A stretch of DNA of 34,617 nucleotides. Source: a virus (lineage: Duplodnaviria > Heunggongvirae > Uroviricota > Caudoviricetes). The stretch lies in IMG/VR virus record IMGVR_UViG_2541047909_000003, one strand, 5' to 3'. The translations under genes and the position numbers were made by a program. Below the pieces are notes generated by a model, which worked only from the letters and a program-made list of their open reading frames with translations, had not been told where the DNA came from and ran no database searches. Below are positions 20,049-28,438 of this stretch, piece by piece (position 1 is the stretch's first letter; each line of letters begins with the position of its first letter).

Positions 20049-20411
20049 GAGTGGCGCTATGTGCCATTGCATGGTGCCGGGTGCCTCCCGGTGAATTCAG
20101 TACCAGCACCTGAATCCGCGATTATCCCATATACCTACTCGCTGATTGCCCCTCCGCACAGGGGGATTCACCATGCGATGTAATTTTTAACAAATTCTCC
20201 GGCAGCCAGACAATCATCAAGCTGTGGAATTGTGAGGTATTTAAAAATTTCAACGGGTAACTGATACCCTGCTAATCGCCTGATGCTTTCTTTTTCAGCA
20301 ACGGGAAAGCAACAACCACACACCCGCCACCAAAACACCATCAGACAGCACCGACATTATCCGGCTGCTGAAGTCCACCATCACCACCAGAAACAACAGG
20401 AGTGCAACCAC

Positions 20412-20456
20412 AGCTGCTTAGAAGGCAATTGCTCTGTCCGGCTGAGCTAACAACGC
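20412..20456 (-). pseudogene. truncated tRNA-Arg(UCU)-like remnant
   Basis: Acceptor 5' strand, D-arm (GCTCAGCCGGACAGAGC) and anticodon arm with CTTCTAA loop present, but no T-arm or matching 3' acceptor strand. Confidence 0.4.
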
Positions 20457-20469
20457 ATGATGCAGATAA

Positions 20470-20546
20470 TGGACCGCCATCGGGGACTTGAACCCCGCGC
20501 AGCCAGCTTCGAAGGCTGGCGCTCTATCCCGATGAGCTAATGGCGG
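20470..20546 (-). tRNA. tRNA-Arg (anticodon UCG)
   Basis: Full cloverleaf by hand-fold: 7-bp acceptor stem, D-arm, anticodon loop CTTCGAA, T-arm CGGGG-TTCAAGT-CCCCG, encoded CCA. Confidence 0.8.
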
Positions 20547-20553
20547 TATGTGA

Positions 20554-20629
20554 TGGTGGCCCTTGCTGGATTTGAACCAGCGACCTGGCGATTATGAGTC
20601 GCTCGCTCTCACCACTGAGCTAAAGGGCC
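20554..20629 (-). tRNA. tRNA-Ile2 (anticodon CAU, lysidine-type; ileX/ileZ-like)
   Basis: Full cloverleaf; anticodon loop CTCATAA; body nearly identical to E. coli ileX as recalled; encoded CCA. Confidence 0.85.
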
Positions 20630-20678
20630 GGGAGCAGAATAATAATGGTGCGTAATTAATTCTGCAATCTCATCCGTT

Positions 20679-21728
20679 TCAAACGATTAAATCCTGAACT
20701 TCCCTGACTGTCTGCTCAAAACGTCCGGTCTCCAGTTCAACGCCAATCGCACGACGCCCGAGCGCCAGTGCCGCTTTTACCGTTGAACCTGAGCCCATAA
20801 AAAAATCTGCAACCAGGTCACCCGGACGACTGCTTGCGCTGATTATCTGCTGCAGCATTTCTGCCGGTTTTTCGCACGGATGTTTCCCGGGATAGAACTG
20901 CACCGGTTTATGTGTCCACACATCCGTGTACGGCACCTGCGCCGTCACACCAAAATACCGCCGCAGATGCTTATATTCACTCTGCAGCTCCACATACTGC
21001 CGGTTCAGTGACGTATACGTATCCACCAGCTGGTGGTGGGGCTTTTCCAGTTCACCGCGCTGATGTTTCTCTTCTGCCACCCGGGCAAACAGCGACTGTA
21101 ATTTCAGATAATCGCTTTCGTTCGGTAGCTGCCACTGACTGGCACTGAACCAGTGCGACACCATGTTTTTCTTTCCTGTGGCATCTGCAATCTGTTTTGC
21201 CGTTATCCCCAGGGCCGCGCGCGCATCACGAAAGTAAGAAATCAGCGGGGCCATCACATGCTGTTTCAGTGCACTGCCCTTCGCCGCATACCCGGCATCT
21301 TTCGGACGATACGGCCCCTGATAATGTTCCGCGAACAGAATGCGCTCTGTGGCGGGGAAATACGCCCGCAGGCTTTCCTTGTTGCATCCGTTCCAGCGTC
21401 CGGACGGCTTCGCCCAGATAATATGGTTCAGCACACTGAAGCGTTCACGCATCATGATTTCGATATCAGATGCCAGGCGATGACCACAGAACAGGTAAAG
21501 ACTTCCGGCAGGTTTCAGCACCCGCCAGAACTGCGCCAGACACTGGTCCAGCCACTTCAGGTAATCATCGTCGCCCTTCCACTGGTTATCCCAGCCCTCA
21601 GGCTTCACTTTAAAGTACGGCGGGTCCGTGACTATCAGGTCAACAGAATTTTCGGGTAACGACCGGATAAATTCCAGGCAGTCGGCGTTGATTAACTCAC
21701 AACTGGATATTTTTACAGTATTAAGCAT
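20679..21728 (-). CDS. orphan DNA methyltransferase (N6-adenine/N4-cytosine class)
   Basis: 349 aa; DPPY catalytic motif near N-terminus and FMGSGST AdoMet-binding motif near C-terminus; no restriction endonuclease gene adjacent. Confidence 0.85.
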   Translation of the reverse strand: MLNTVKISSCELINADCLEFIRSLPENSVDLIVTDPPYFKVKPEGWDNQWKGDDDYLKWLDQCLAQFWRVLKPAGSLYLFCGHRLASDIEIMMRERFSVLNHIIWAKPSGRWNGCNKESLRAYFPATERILFAEHYQGPYRPKDAGYAAKGSALKQHVMAPLISYFRDARAALGITAKQIADATGKKNMVSHWFSASQWQLPNESDYLKLQSLFARVAEEKHQRGELEKPHHQLVDTYTSLNRQYVELQSEYKHLRRYFGVTAQVPYTDVWTHKPVQFYPGKHPCEKPAEMLQQIISASSRPGDLVADFFMGSGSTVKAALALGRRAIGVELETGRFEQTVREVQDLIV

Positions 21729-21864
21729 GGATCATTAAGCCTGTCTCTGATAGGCTCATTCTGCTTTTGCGCAAAGCAGTGGGCCTGAGGTTTGCTTGTG
21801 AACCCAACGCATGAGCAGATGGCTGGTGGGTGCCCCTAACACCCACCAGCCGCCCATTTACCAC

Positions 21865-21892
21865 AAATAAAAAAGCCTTCACTGCGGAAGGC
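21865..21892 (-). terminator. intrinsic terminator overlapping stop of small HTH gene
   Basis: gccttc-actgcg-gaaggc followed by T-run on minus strand. Confidence 0.55.
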
Positions 21893-22076
21893 GTCTGTAA
21901 CAACCGAACTGATAGTCTGCCAGACCCGCCATAACCAGCTGGGTCAGTATTAACTGGCAGCGTTCGCGTGAAAGGTAAGTATTCTGTGCAATCTCCCCGA
22001 CTGTCGCCGGTTCGGTAACGCTTAATTCATTAAACACTACTCTGGCGGTTTCTGTCATATCCTGCTGTTTTAGCAT
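21879..22076 (-). CDS. small winged-helix/HTH protein (about 65 aa), first ORF after tR'
   Basis: MLKQQDMTETARVVFNELSVTEPATVGEIAQNTYLSRERCQLILTQLVMAGL; start chosen at the Met with an AGGGA RBS. Confidence 0.4.
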   Translation of the reverse strand: MLKQQDMTETARVVFNELSVTEPATVGEIAQNTYLSRERCQLILTQLVMAGLADYQFGCYRRLPQ

Positions 22077-22194
22077 GTCTTTTTCCCTTTTCCGGTTAAC
22101 GTGACACACCAATAACTCTTGTCGAAAAAGCCAGCAAGCTGAAAGACAGGTATTCACCGCCACCAGCGCGTTTACTGTACTGACGCGATTTCAG

Positions 22195-22221
22195 TCATAA
22201 AAAACCCGCCAGGCGGCGGGG
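22195..22221 (-). terminator. predicted tR' (Q-dependent antitermination target)
   Basis: cccgcc-gcct-ggcggg + T-run on minus strand, about 60 nt downstream of candidate pR'. Confidence 0.55.
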
Positions 22222-22261
22222 TGTAAAAAATCTTCTAACGTCAGGCATAAAACGCCCATCG

Positions 22262-22300
22262 TTAGAGCAAATTTACCACAGATTCGGGAAAAATCAACAA
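22262..22300 (-). promoter_or_regulatory. predicted late promoter pR' / qut region
   Basis: TTGATT-N16-TAAATT on minus strand immediately downstream of Q stop. Confidence 0.4.
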
Positions 22301-22302
22301 CA

Positions 22303-23124
22303 CTATCGCGTTACCCTCTTTAACTGCCGCTCCGCCCATGCCTCTTCAATGTCAAACCGAACCACCAACGTATCGTAAAAGCGTTTCACTGATTTTTTCC
22401 ACGTATCAAGCGTGATAGCACTCGTCACTTTGCATATGGCATTAAATGCCTCCGTTGATGGCAGCCTTTCACAGCCACGACCACCACAACGCTGGCAGTC
22501 TCTGATAACAGGCATACCACGTTTTACCGACTCTTCACGATGAATGGCGACACCACGCCCACGGCAATCCTTACAGGCGGTGGAAACCTCACCCTTTCCG
22601 CCACACTCCGGACAGGCAACTTTTACCACCTCCCTGACTTTTTTCCATTCTTCCCAGTAAGACGGATACACGCCTTTTGTGCACTTTGCCCACACTGGTG
22701 GCTTACCATCCGGATACTGGATCTTGTTTGTAAAAACCTCGCTTTCAATAAATTTTTTTCCGTGACAGCAGGGGCACTGTTTTTTGCTCGCCGCGCTACG
22801 GGCATAATCTTCAAACGCATACGAAGCCATAATGCGCATCACTACCGGTTTTATTTCTGCCGGAAGTTTTCTCAACGCCGCCACACGATCGCACCGACTG
22901 AGTGCATAATCTGCCAGTAATTCTGTTGCCCGCGCCCTGTCATTCATACTGATGCCCATTTTCCCCAGGAACGCAGAAAAACCCATCTCAGCCCGATTCT
23001 GTGTCATGCCCTGCGCGGCCATCACATCAGTGATACTCAGCGCATCTTTTGACGTTGAGGCCGATGCATCGGTCAGGCCGGGGGATTTTGGGGAGTAGTA
23101 TTTCGGTAAATCTTCCAGTTTCAT
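22303..23124 (-). CDS. Q: antitermination protein Q (long, zinc-finger-containing type)
   Basis: 273 aa with several CxxC pairs (CPCCHGK, CPECGGKG, CKDCRGRG, CQRCGGRG); followed by pR'/tR'; preceded by rusA. Confidence 0.8.
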   Translation of the reverse strand: MKLEDLPKYYSPKSPGLTDASASTSKDALSITDVMAAQGMTQNRAEMGFSAFLGKMGISMNDRARATELLADYALSRCDRVAALRKLPAEIKPVVMRIMASYAFEDYARSAASKKQCPCCHGKKFIESEVFTNKIQYPDGKPPVWAKCTKGVYPSYWEEWKKVREVVKVACPECGGKGEVSTACKDCRGRGVAIHREESVKRGMPVIRDCQRCGGRGCERLPSTEAFNAICKVTSAITLDTWKKSVKRFYDTLVVRFDIEEAWAERQLKRVTR

Positions 23125-23501
23125 TTTTTGACCTGCTCTTCATGCATTATGGGGTAAATCTTCACCCCCAGACGTCCACCAGATACTGGCTGACCACGAA
23201 CAATATTGATTTCATCAAACTGCTCATCGTCCATTAACACTCCCGCATGCGTCAGCGCATCCAGCGGTGCTTTCAGGATATTGTCCAGGTCGCGACGACG
23301 CTTATCCGGTGGCTCTGCAATCACCTTTATCGCCAGCCTTCCGGACAGGCTTAATTTCAGCCGCTGCTGGCGAACAATAAGCGCCACTGCCCGGCGATAA
23401 CGCTCCCCGGCTTTTGATACAAAATATGTGCTGCCACGACGTCGCCAGTAAGTGTTCACCGTTGGCGGGTAAGGCAAAACAAATTCTATGCGTTCAGTCA
23501 T
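23121..23501 (-). CDS. rusA: Holliday junction resolvase RusA
   Basis: 126 aa; YPPTVNTYWRRRG ... RRRDLDNILKAPLDALTHAGVLMDDEQF matches RusA motifs; ATGA overlap with Q. Confidence 0.9.
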   Translation of the reverse strand: MTERIEFVLPYPPTVNTYWRRRGSTYFVSKAGERYRRAVALIVRQQRLKLSLSGRLAIKVIAEPPDKRRRDLDNILKAPLDALTHAGVLMDDEQFDEINIVRGQPVSGGRLGVKIYPIMHEEQVKK

Positions 23502-24557
23502 TTATGCTTTCCACTTCAGAACACCCGAATTTCTCGCGTGCATTAAAAAACGAATCAGCAACAACAGCTGGCTGCCGTGTTTTTCTTCAAAATCTTTTAC
23601 CCCGGCGTGTAGTTCGCTATGGCATTTACGGCACAGCGGAATAACAAACAAATCATCAGCCTTTGTTCCCATCCCTCCCAGTCCATGACCAATGATGTGA
23701 TGCGGATCATCTGCCTGATTGCCACACGTCATGCATTTCTGCGTTTTTACCCAACGCGTGTATACAGGCATCTCTTCCCGTTGTGATTTCTGGCGCTGGA
23801 GATACTGAGCCGGTGACTCCGGATCAACGGCAATGCTGACCACCGTCTTTTCCTGTGGCGGGTTTTGCTGGTGGGCGTGAGGCAGCGGCGCAAGATTTTT
23901 TGTGCGCTGCTTCAGTATGCTGGTGGCGATCTGCTCTCCCGGTACGATGTCGCTTTCACGGTACATTGAGCGGATTTTTTCCGCACGCAACCCCAGCGAA
24001 CGACGTAATACCGCTTCCGGTAGCGCGTCCGCCACCTGATTGCGGACCGCCCACCAGGATAATTCAGCCAGCGATAATTCCCGTTCCTGCGAGCCATTCA
24101 TTGCATGGCGTATGACGTCAATCATCCATGCAAACAGGTTTTGGTGAGCAAGTTGCCCGAGTGATTCGGAGGTCTGGTCGCGCAGCTGGTTGTCGCAGTG
24201 CCAGCACAACACCATTGCGCCGGTACCATAACGGTGAATGACGGTTTCACTGTGGTGATAATCGCCGTGTGGCCACTGGCAGGATTTAACATGGCGCAGT
24301 AACCAGTCAGACAATGCGCCAGCGCCACCAGCAGCACGAATCACTCGTTCGTCGCTGAAAAATGGCAGTAATGATTTATCCTCCGCCAGCGGCTGGCGAA
24401 CGGCAGGAACGACCCCGGACGGCAGATTACGCATGCTTTTCGGTTCCGGCTCCACCAGTACCCGGGTATTGTGGAATACCGGCATGGATTCACGGCCCGG
24501 CTTAACGATCACCAGCCCGAGTTCCGGTACCAGAACAGGTCGAAGTAATACCCGCAC
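23502..24557 (-). CDS. DUF968-like protein with C-terminal HNH-type Cys/His motif (YdfU/NinG-like position)
   Basis: 351 aa; C-terminus CMTCGNQADDPHHIIGHGLGGMGTKADDLFVIPLCRKCHSELH. Confidence 0.55.
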   Translation of the reverse strand: MRVLLRPVLVPELGLVIVKPGRESMPVFHNTRVLVEPEPKSMRNLPSGVVPAVRQPLAEDKSLLPFFSDERVIRAAGGAGALSDWLLRHVKSCQWPHGDYHHSETVIHRYGTGAMVLCWHCDNQLRDQTSESLGQLAHQNLFAWMIDVIRHAMNGSQERELSLAELSWWAVRNQVADALPEAVLRRSLGLRAEKIRSMYRESDIVPGEQIATSILKQRTKNLAPLPHAHQQNPPQEKTVVSIAVDPESPAQYLQRQKSQREEMPVYTRWVKTQKCMTCGNQADDPHHIIGHGLGGMGTKADDLFVIPLCRKCHSELHAGVKDFEEKHGSQLLLLIRFLMHARNSGVLKWKA

Positions 24558-24558
24558 G

Positions 24559-24831
24559 TTACCTCCAGATGCGTTGCTGGAATGTGCGGGACGGACGCGG
24601 TGGGCGTTCAGAGTAAGGAAGCCTGACGGAGATTATCCAGTGACGATAATCGAGGCTGAGGGCTTTCTTAATCTCGTATCCGCGTCTGCGGTAGTTATGA
24701 ATTAGCCATTCGGCCTGTTCTTCAGTACATGGTGGGTGTTGGTACCAGTCGGTTTTAAATGCGTGTGAACGCCGCCCATGCCGGATGGCAAGGTCGGTAT
24801 CAGAATTGTGAAATTTGGTTTTGTGCGCCAT
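24559..24831 (-). CDS. hypothetical 90-aa nin-region protein
   Basis: ORF in operon with DUF968 gene; no motif recognised. Confidence 0.35.
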   Translation of the reverse strand: MAHKTKFHNSDTDLAIRHGRRSHAFKTDWYQHPPCTEEQAEWLIHNYRRRGYEIKKALSLDYRHWIISVRLPYSERPPRPSRTFQQRIWR

Positions 24832-24900
24832 CTGTTTTCTCTGCTGGCGCAGCAGGTGTCAGGTGTTCAGGCTGACGTGCGAATTGTAAACCAGAATGCC

Positions 24901-24930
24901 AGAAAAAAACAAAACCCGCCGAACCGGGTT
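24901..24930 (-). terminator. terminator at 3' end of hok transcript
   Basis: acccg-ccgaac-cgggt hairpin + long T-run on minus strand. Confidence 0.5.
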
Positions 24931-24998
24931 AAGTGCGGGTGCGTTGAGGATGCCTGACACATCAGAGGTGGCGAGGGATTTCTCCCCCGCCAGGTCTC

Positions 24999-25154
24999 TT
25001 ACTCCTCAGGTTCGTAAGCTGTGAAGACAGCGACCTCCGTCTGGCCGGTTCGGAGTCGTACCTCGCAGAGGTCTTTCCTCGTTACCAGTGCCGTCACTAT
25101 GACGGTTAAACAGATGACGATCAGGGCGATTAACATCGCCTTTTGCTGCTTCAT
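24999..25154 (-). CDS. hok: Hok/Gef-family type I toxin
   Basis: MKQQKAMLIALIVICLTVIVTALVTRKDLCEVRLRTGQTEVAVFTAYEPEE, near-identical to HokD/RelF as recalled. Confidence 0.85.
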   Translation of the reverse strand: MKQQKAMLIALIVICLTVIVTALVTRKDLCEVRLRTGQTEVAVFTAYEPEE

Positions 25155-25330
25155 AGCCTGCTTCCCCTTGCCTTTCGGCACGTAAGAGGCTAACCTACAT
25201 TTGTGAGACATAGATTGGGCCTCAGATTAATGTTAAGCGTCTTGCAGGACGCGAAATGTTAACTGGGGCTTTTCTCTATCTGCCTTTCAGTGTTCATGCC
25301 TGAGACAGATAGCCTCAAGCACCCGCAGCC
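25155..25330. promoter_or_regulatory. hok leader with predicted antisense sok RNA and fold-back elements
   Basis: Leader contains inverted segments (gcttgaggctatctgtctcaggcatg) typical of hok mRNA structure; exact sok ends not determined. Confidence 0.35.
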
Positions 25331-25391
25331 ATTCTACTTAACTCACGTCACCTCGCCAATATGAAATCAATCAGAAAGGTGATCCATAAAA

Positions 25392-26078
25392 TCACTCCTT
25401 CTCTTCTTTTCCGTAGTGGAGTTGGCCAATTTTGATAAGAGGGCGTCCCTGAGATTTGCGGTGTAGATTGGTATCGCGCAGAGAATACACACAGCCACAA
25501 TATTCCTGCTGATAGAATTTTTCGCGCTTGCTGATTTCAATCATACGGGACGAGCCGCCCTGCTTGCGCCAGTTATAATCCCAGTACACCATACCCGGAT
25601 AATGCGCAACAGCTCGCCGCCCACACTCGTTAACCTGCTGCATATTTTTCCAGCGTGAAATGCCCAGTGAACTGCTGATCACACTGAAACCATTTTCAGC
25701 AGCGTACAACGCTGTCCGCTCAAAACGCATGTCAAAACACATGGTACAACGGATCCCCCTCTCAGGCTCCCATTCCATTCCTTTGGCACGTTCAAACCAG
25801 TTGTCGGTGTCGTAATCAGCATCGATAAACGGCACGCCGTGTTGTTCAGCAAAGCGAATATTTTCATCCTTACGAATTAAATACTCTTTCTGAGGATGAA
25901 TGTTCGGGTTGTAGAAAAAGATGGTGTAGTCGATTCCCGAGGCCTGAAGCGCCTCCATCACTTCACCGGAACATGGAGCACAGCAAGAGTGCAGTAGTAG
26001 TTTGTTTGCCCCGTTTGGGAGCTCCAATTTAGGCCGTTTGAAATCAGCAATAGTCATAAATATTTTTATTGGGGTCAT
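25392..26078 (-). CDS. QueH-like protein (DUF208, epoxyqueuosine reductase family)
   Basis: 228 aa; N-terminal [11 protein letters not shown] and C-terminal EYCGCVYS motifs as recalled for QueH; own AT-rich upstream region. Confidence 0.65.
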   Translation of the reverse strand: MTPIKIFMTIADFKRPKLELPNGANKLLLHSCCAPCSGEVMEALQASGIDYTIFFYNPNIHPQKEYLIRKDENIRFAEQHGVPFIDADYDTDNWFERAKGMEWEPERGIRCTMCFDMRFERTALYAAENGFSVISSSLGISRWKNMQQVNECGRRAVAHYPGMVYWDYNWRKQGGSSRMIEISKREKFYQQEYCGCVYSLRDTNLHRKSQGRPLIKIGQLHYGKEEKE

Positions 26079-26231
26079 GAAAATAGCACAGAGTGTAGCA
26101 TCAGAGCAGGGCTATCGGGAATATATGTCTAAATCTGGTAATATCTGGTTTTGACGCAAAGCGGACAACCACGCTGGCTCTACCCTGCGCCATGAAAATG
26201 TCAATTCACATCTGAACTAATGCTCTTTAAT

Positions 26232-26657
26232 CTAGTAACGTCTAAAATACCTAACATTTCCTTGATAAAATGCCAGTACACGCTGCATAGCTTCGCTCTT
26301 CCGGCACTCGCGACAGATTATATTCAGGCGCCTGTCGTAGCGGCGTATTTCGCCGTCTGGTAACGACCAGATAAGGTCCGGATCAACCACTGCAGGTTTC
26401 TTCACCTTTGCCCTTGAGAGTTTTTTGCGAGCATTTTGCCAGTCCTTACGCGCCTGTTCAGACGGGAATAACCCGTAACCAGAGTTGTATACATCGCCAC
26501 TGGCAACCAGCTCTCTGGCCAGAACGCTCATCAGATATCTTGTTGCCCCAGTTTTAGTTTCCAGTTGTCGTAACGTCTCGCGCCCACTCTGGCGTACGAG
26601 TTCAACAACCTGCCCTTTAATTTTCTCCCGCTCTTCTTGTGTAAAAACTTTTGCCAC
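26232..26657 (-). CDS. hypothetical 141-aa protein downstream of replication initiator
   Basis: Basic protein with one CxxC (ICRECRK); occupies the position of lambda P but is too short and lacks loader motifs. Confidence 0.35.
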   Translation of the reverse strand: MAKVFTQEEREKIKGQVVELVRQSGRETLRQLETKTGATRYLMSVLARELVASGDVYNSGYGLFPSEQARKDWQNARKKLSRAKVKKPAVVDPDLIWSLPDGEIRRYDRRLNIICRECRKSEAMQRVLAFYQGNVRYFRRY

Positions 26658-26697
26658 AAGCCCTCCTGAAAATTACCTCATGACCAGAAATTAACAC

Positions 26698-27660
26698 TTA
26701 CCCCCTGAAGCCCGGCGGAATTTCAGTGTCCGGTTCAGAAATGTGATTCACGCAACGCTGCGCAGGCGAACGCCCCAGGCGGATAACCAGTTCATCCCAT
26801 TTTTCCCGGAGTTTTGCCGGACTCATGATGTTTTTTACCCAGAACGAATCCCGCTGGAGACGCCCAAACATTTCACAAATTTGTCTGTGAGTTCTGCCAT
26901 CCAGCATCCGCATTGTGCGAACGTCATTGGCCCATGCTGTCCAGTTGGGTTCTTTCGGTCTAGTGATCTCGCCATCATCGCTGGCCGCCTGCTCGTAAAG
27001 ACTCACGATTCGTCCCCAGATCCACTGTGCGCACACCAAATCTTCCTGACTTCCCCACTGGCGTTTTTTCGCACTGAACACAACCGCGTCAGGGTGTCGG
27101 GTTAAAAAATCCTGTTCAGCCGTCTGCGGGTCCGGTTGCGAAGCGTCCGGACAAGAAGATCTTTTATCTGACGGATCAGGTTTTAATACTGACGGATCGG
27201 GGTCAATCATCGCCCCCCTAATCGGCAGTTTTTTATCAACAGTTGATCCATCAAAATTTGACGGGTCAACCGTTGAGGGGTCAATATTTGACGGGTCAAC
27301 TGTTAACGGGTCATTTTTTGCCGGGCTAATTTTTCTTTTCGGTTTATATGACTCACGCGCCGCCGCCGCAGCTGCTTCGAGTTTTTCCACATTAAGCCGA
27401 TAGATATTGCTTACATTACGCCCACCGACCTTACGCTCTTCCTTCGTCAGCCAGCCCTCTTTCGCCAGTTCTGCAATAGCCGATTTCACTGTGGATTCAC
27501 TTCTTGCACCGATCTGACGCCGGATAGTTTCAATGGCAGGCCATGACACGCCCTCGTCATTGCTGTAGTCTGCAAGACGGGCCATAACCGCCACCCTGGA
27601 TAAGATCATGCCGGTGAAGGCGCACCCTTCCCAGACAAGACCATGAAGCTTGCTGCTCAT
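26698..27660 (-). CDS. replication initiation protein (O-like architecture, iterons inside gene)
   Basis: N-terminal HTH (ARLADYSNDEGVSWPAIETIRRQIG...STVKSAIAELAKEGWL), central repeat VDPSNIDPSTVDPSNFDGSTVD encoded by DNA iterons. Confidence 0.7.
   Translation of the reverse strand: MSSKLHGLVWEGCAFTGMILSRVAVMARLADYSNDEGVSWPAIETIRRQIGARSESTVKSAIAELAKEGWLTKEERKVGGRNVSNIYRLNVEKLEAAAAAARESYKPKRKISPAKNDPLTVDPSNIDPSTVDPSNFDGSTVDKKLPIRGAMIDPDPSVLKPDPSDKRSSCPDASQPDPQTAEQDFLTRHPDAVVFSAKKRQWGSQEDLVCAQWIWGRIVSLYEQAASDDGEITRPKEPNWTAWANDVRTMRMLDGRTHRQICEMFGRLQRDSFWVKNIMSPAKLREKWDELVIRLGRSPAQRCVNHISEPDTEIPPGFRG
27181..27320. repeat. origin-like iterons within initiator gene
   Basis: Direct repeats of TTGACGGGTCAAC-type units (at least 4 copies) with adjacent A/T-rich tracts. 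Confidence 0.5.
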
Positions 27661-27682
27661 AAAACCCCCGAACACCGTGCTT

Positions 27683-28108
27683 TTAGTGCATCACCACAGC
27701 ATTCCCTGCCGGGCCGCCGCGATTCATCTGGTCATACAAAACAACCGCTGACGCAACAAAATCATCGACATCCTTCACCAGCCGATCCCTCCGTTCGACG
27801 ATCTCACGATAATATTCAGAACTGTGGCTGCGCATACGGGCCACCAGCAAAGGCGGCATCGCCTTTTCGATCGCCGGTAACAGAGCCTGCATTTTTTCAA
27901 CAGCATCAGGGGTGTCTTTCTCTACCCAGCGGAAAATTTTCTGGGTATTGCGAGCCAGGGCTTCCGGATGGCTGTCGTCATACAGTTCTGGGAACGTCAT
28001 ACCCAACTCAAAATAAGCCTGGGTTATTCCAGCTGCTGGAACTTTTTCGCCATCAGGACGCGCCCAGGCATTCATCGCCATGCGGATGTGTTCATGCTTG
28101 ATTTTCAT
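27683..28108 (-). CDS. YdaT-like protein (Rac-type, CII-position)
   Basis: 141 aa starting MKIKHEHI as in Rac YdaT; follows Cro-like gene. Confidence 0.65.
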   Translation of the reverse strand: MKIKHEHIRMAMNAWARPDGEKVPAAGITQAYFELGMTFPELYDDSHPEALARNTQKIFRWVEKDTPDAVEKMQALLPAIEKAMPPLLVARMRSHSSEYYREIVERRDRLVKDVDDFVASAVVLYDQMNRGGPAGNAVVMH

Positions 28109-28359
28109 GAATCAACTCCCATCAGCTTTTTCGTAGTAGTTTTATTCCTGCCAATAGTTAAAATTGCATCGGCAGAAAATAATCCGTTTGATGCAAGAGC
28201 GATTTTTTCAGCGTAATTTGTTTCGCCGGTATATTCTGTGCGAGGCAATTTTCCGTTATCCATCCATTTATAGATTGCTCTTTGGCTGACACCACAAACG
28301 TCGGCCACAACAGCAACGCGAACAGTTTTGATTACATCTTCAAGTGTTTTCTGGTTCAT
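28105..28359 (-). CDS. Cro/YdaS-like HTH regulator
   Basis: About 84 aa from MNQKTLEDVIKTVRVAVVADVCGVSQRAIYKWMDNGKLP; divergent from repressor. Confidence 0.6.
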   Translation of the reverse strand: MNQKTLEDVIKTVRVAVVADVCGVSQRAIYKWMDNGKLPRTEYTGETNYAEKIALASNGLFSADAILTIGRNKTTTKKLMGVDS

Positions 28360-28438
28360 ATCACCCTCACAATGTGAACTTTGAGTACATGCTATAACAG
28401 AACTGACAGTACATTCAAGAGCGAATATCATTGAACTT
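28360..28438. promoter_or_regulatory. divergent promoter/operator region of immunity switch
   Basis: 79-bp spacer with two AGTACAT motifs and a gtgaactt/ttgaactt repeat. Confidence 0.45.

Noticed and set aside
19410-20400. Shiga toxin genes expected at this locus
   Set aside because: No ORF with StxA or StxB size or features is present; only the reverse-oriented 111-aa ORF and non-coding sequence.
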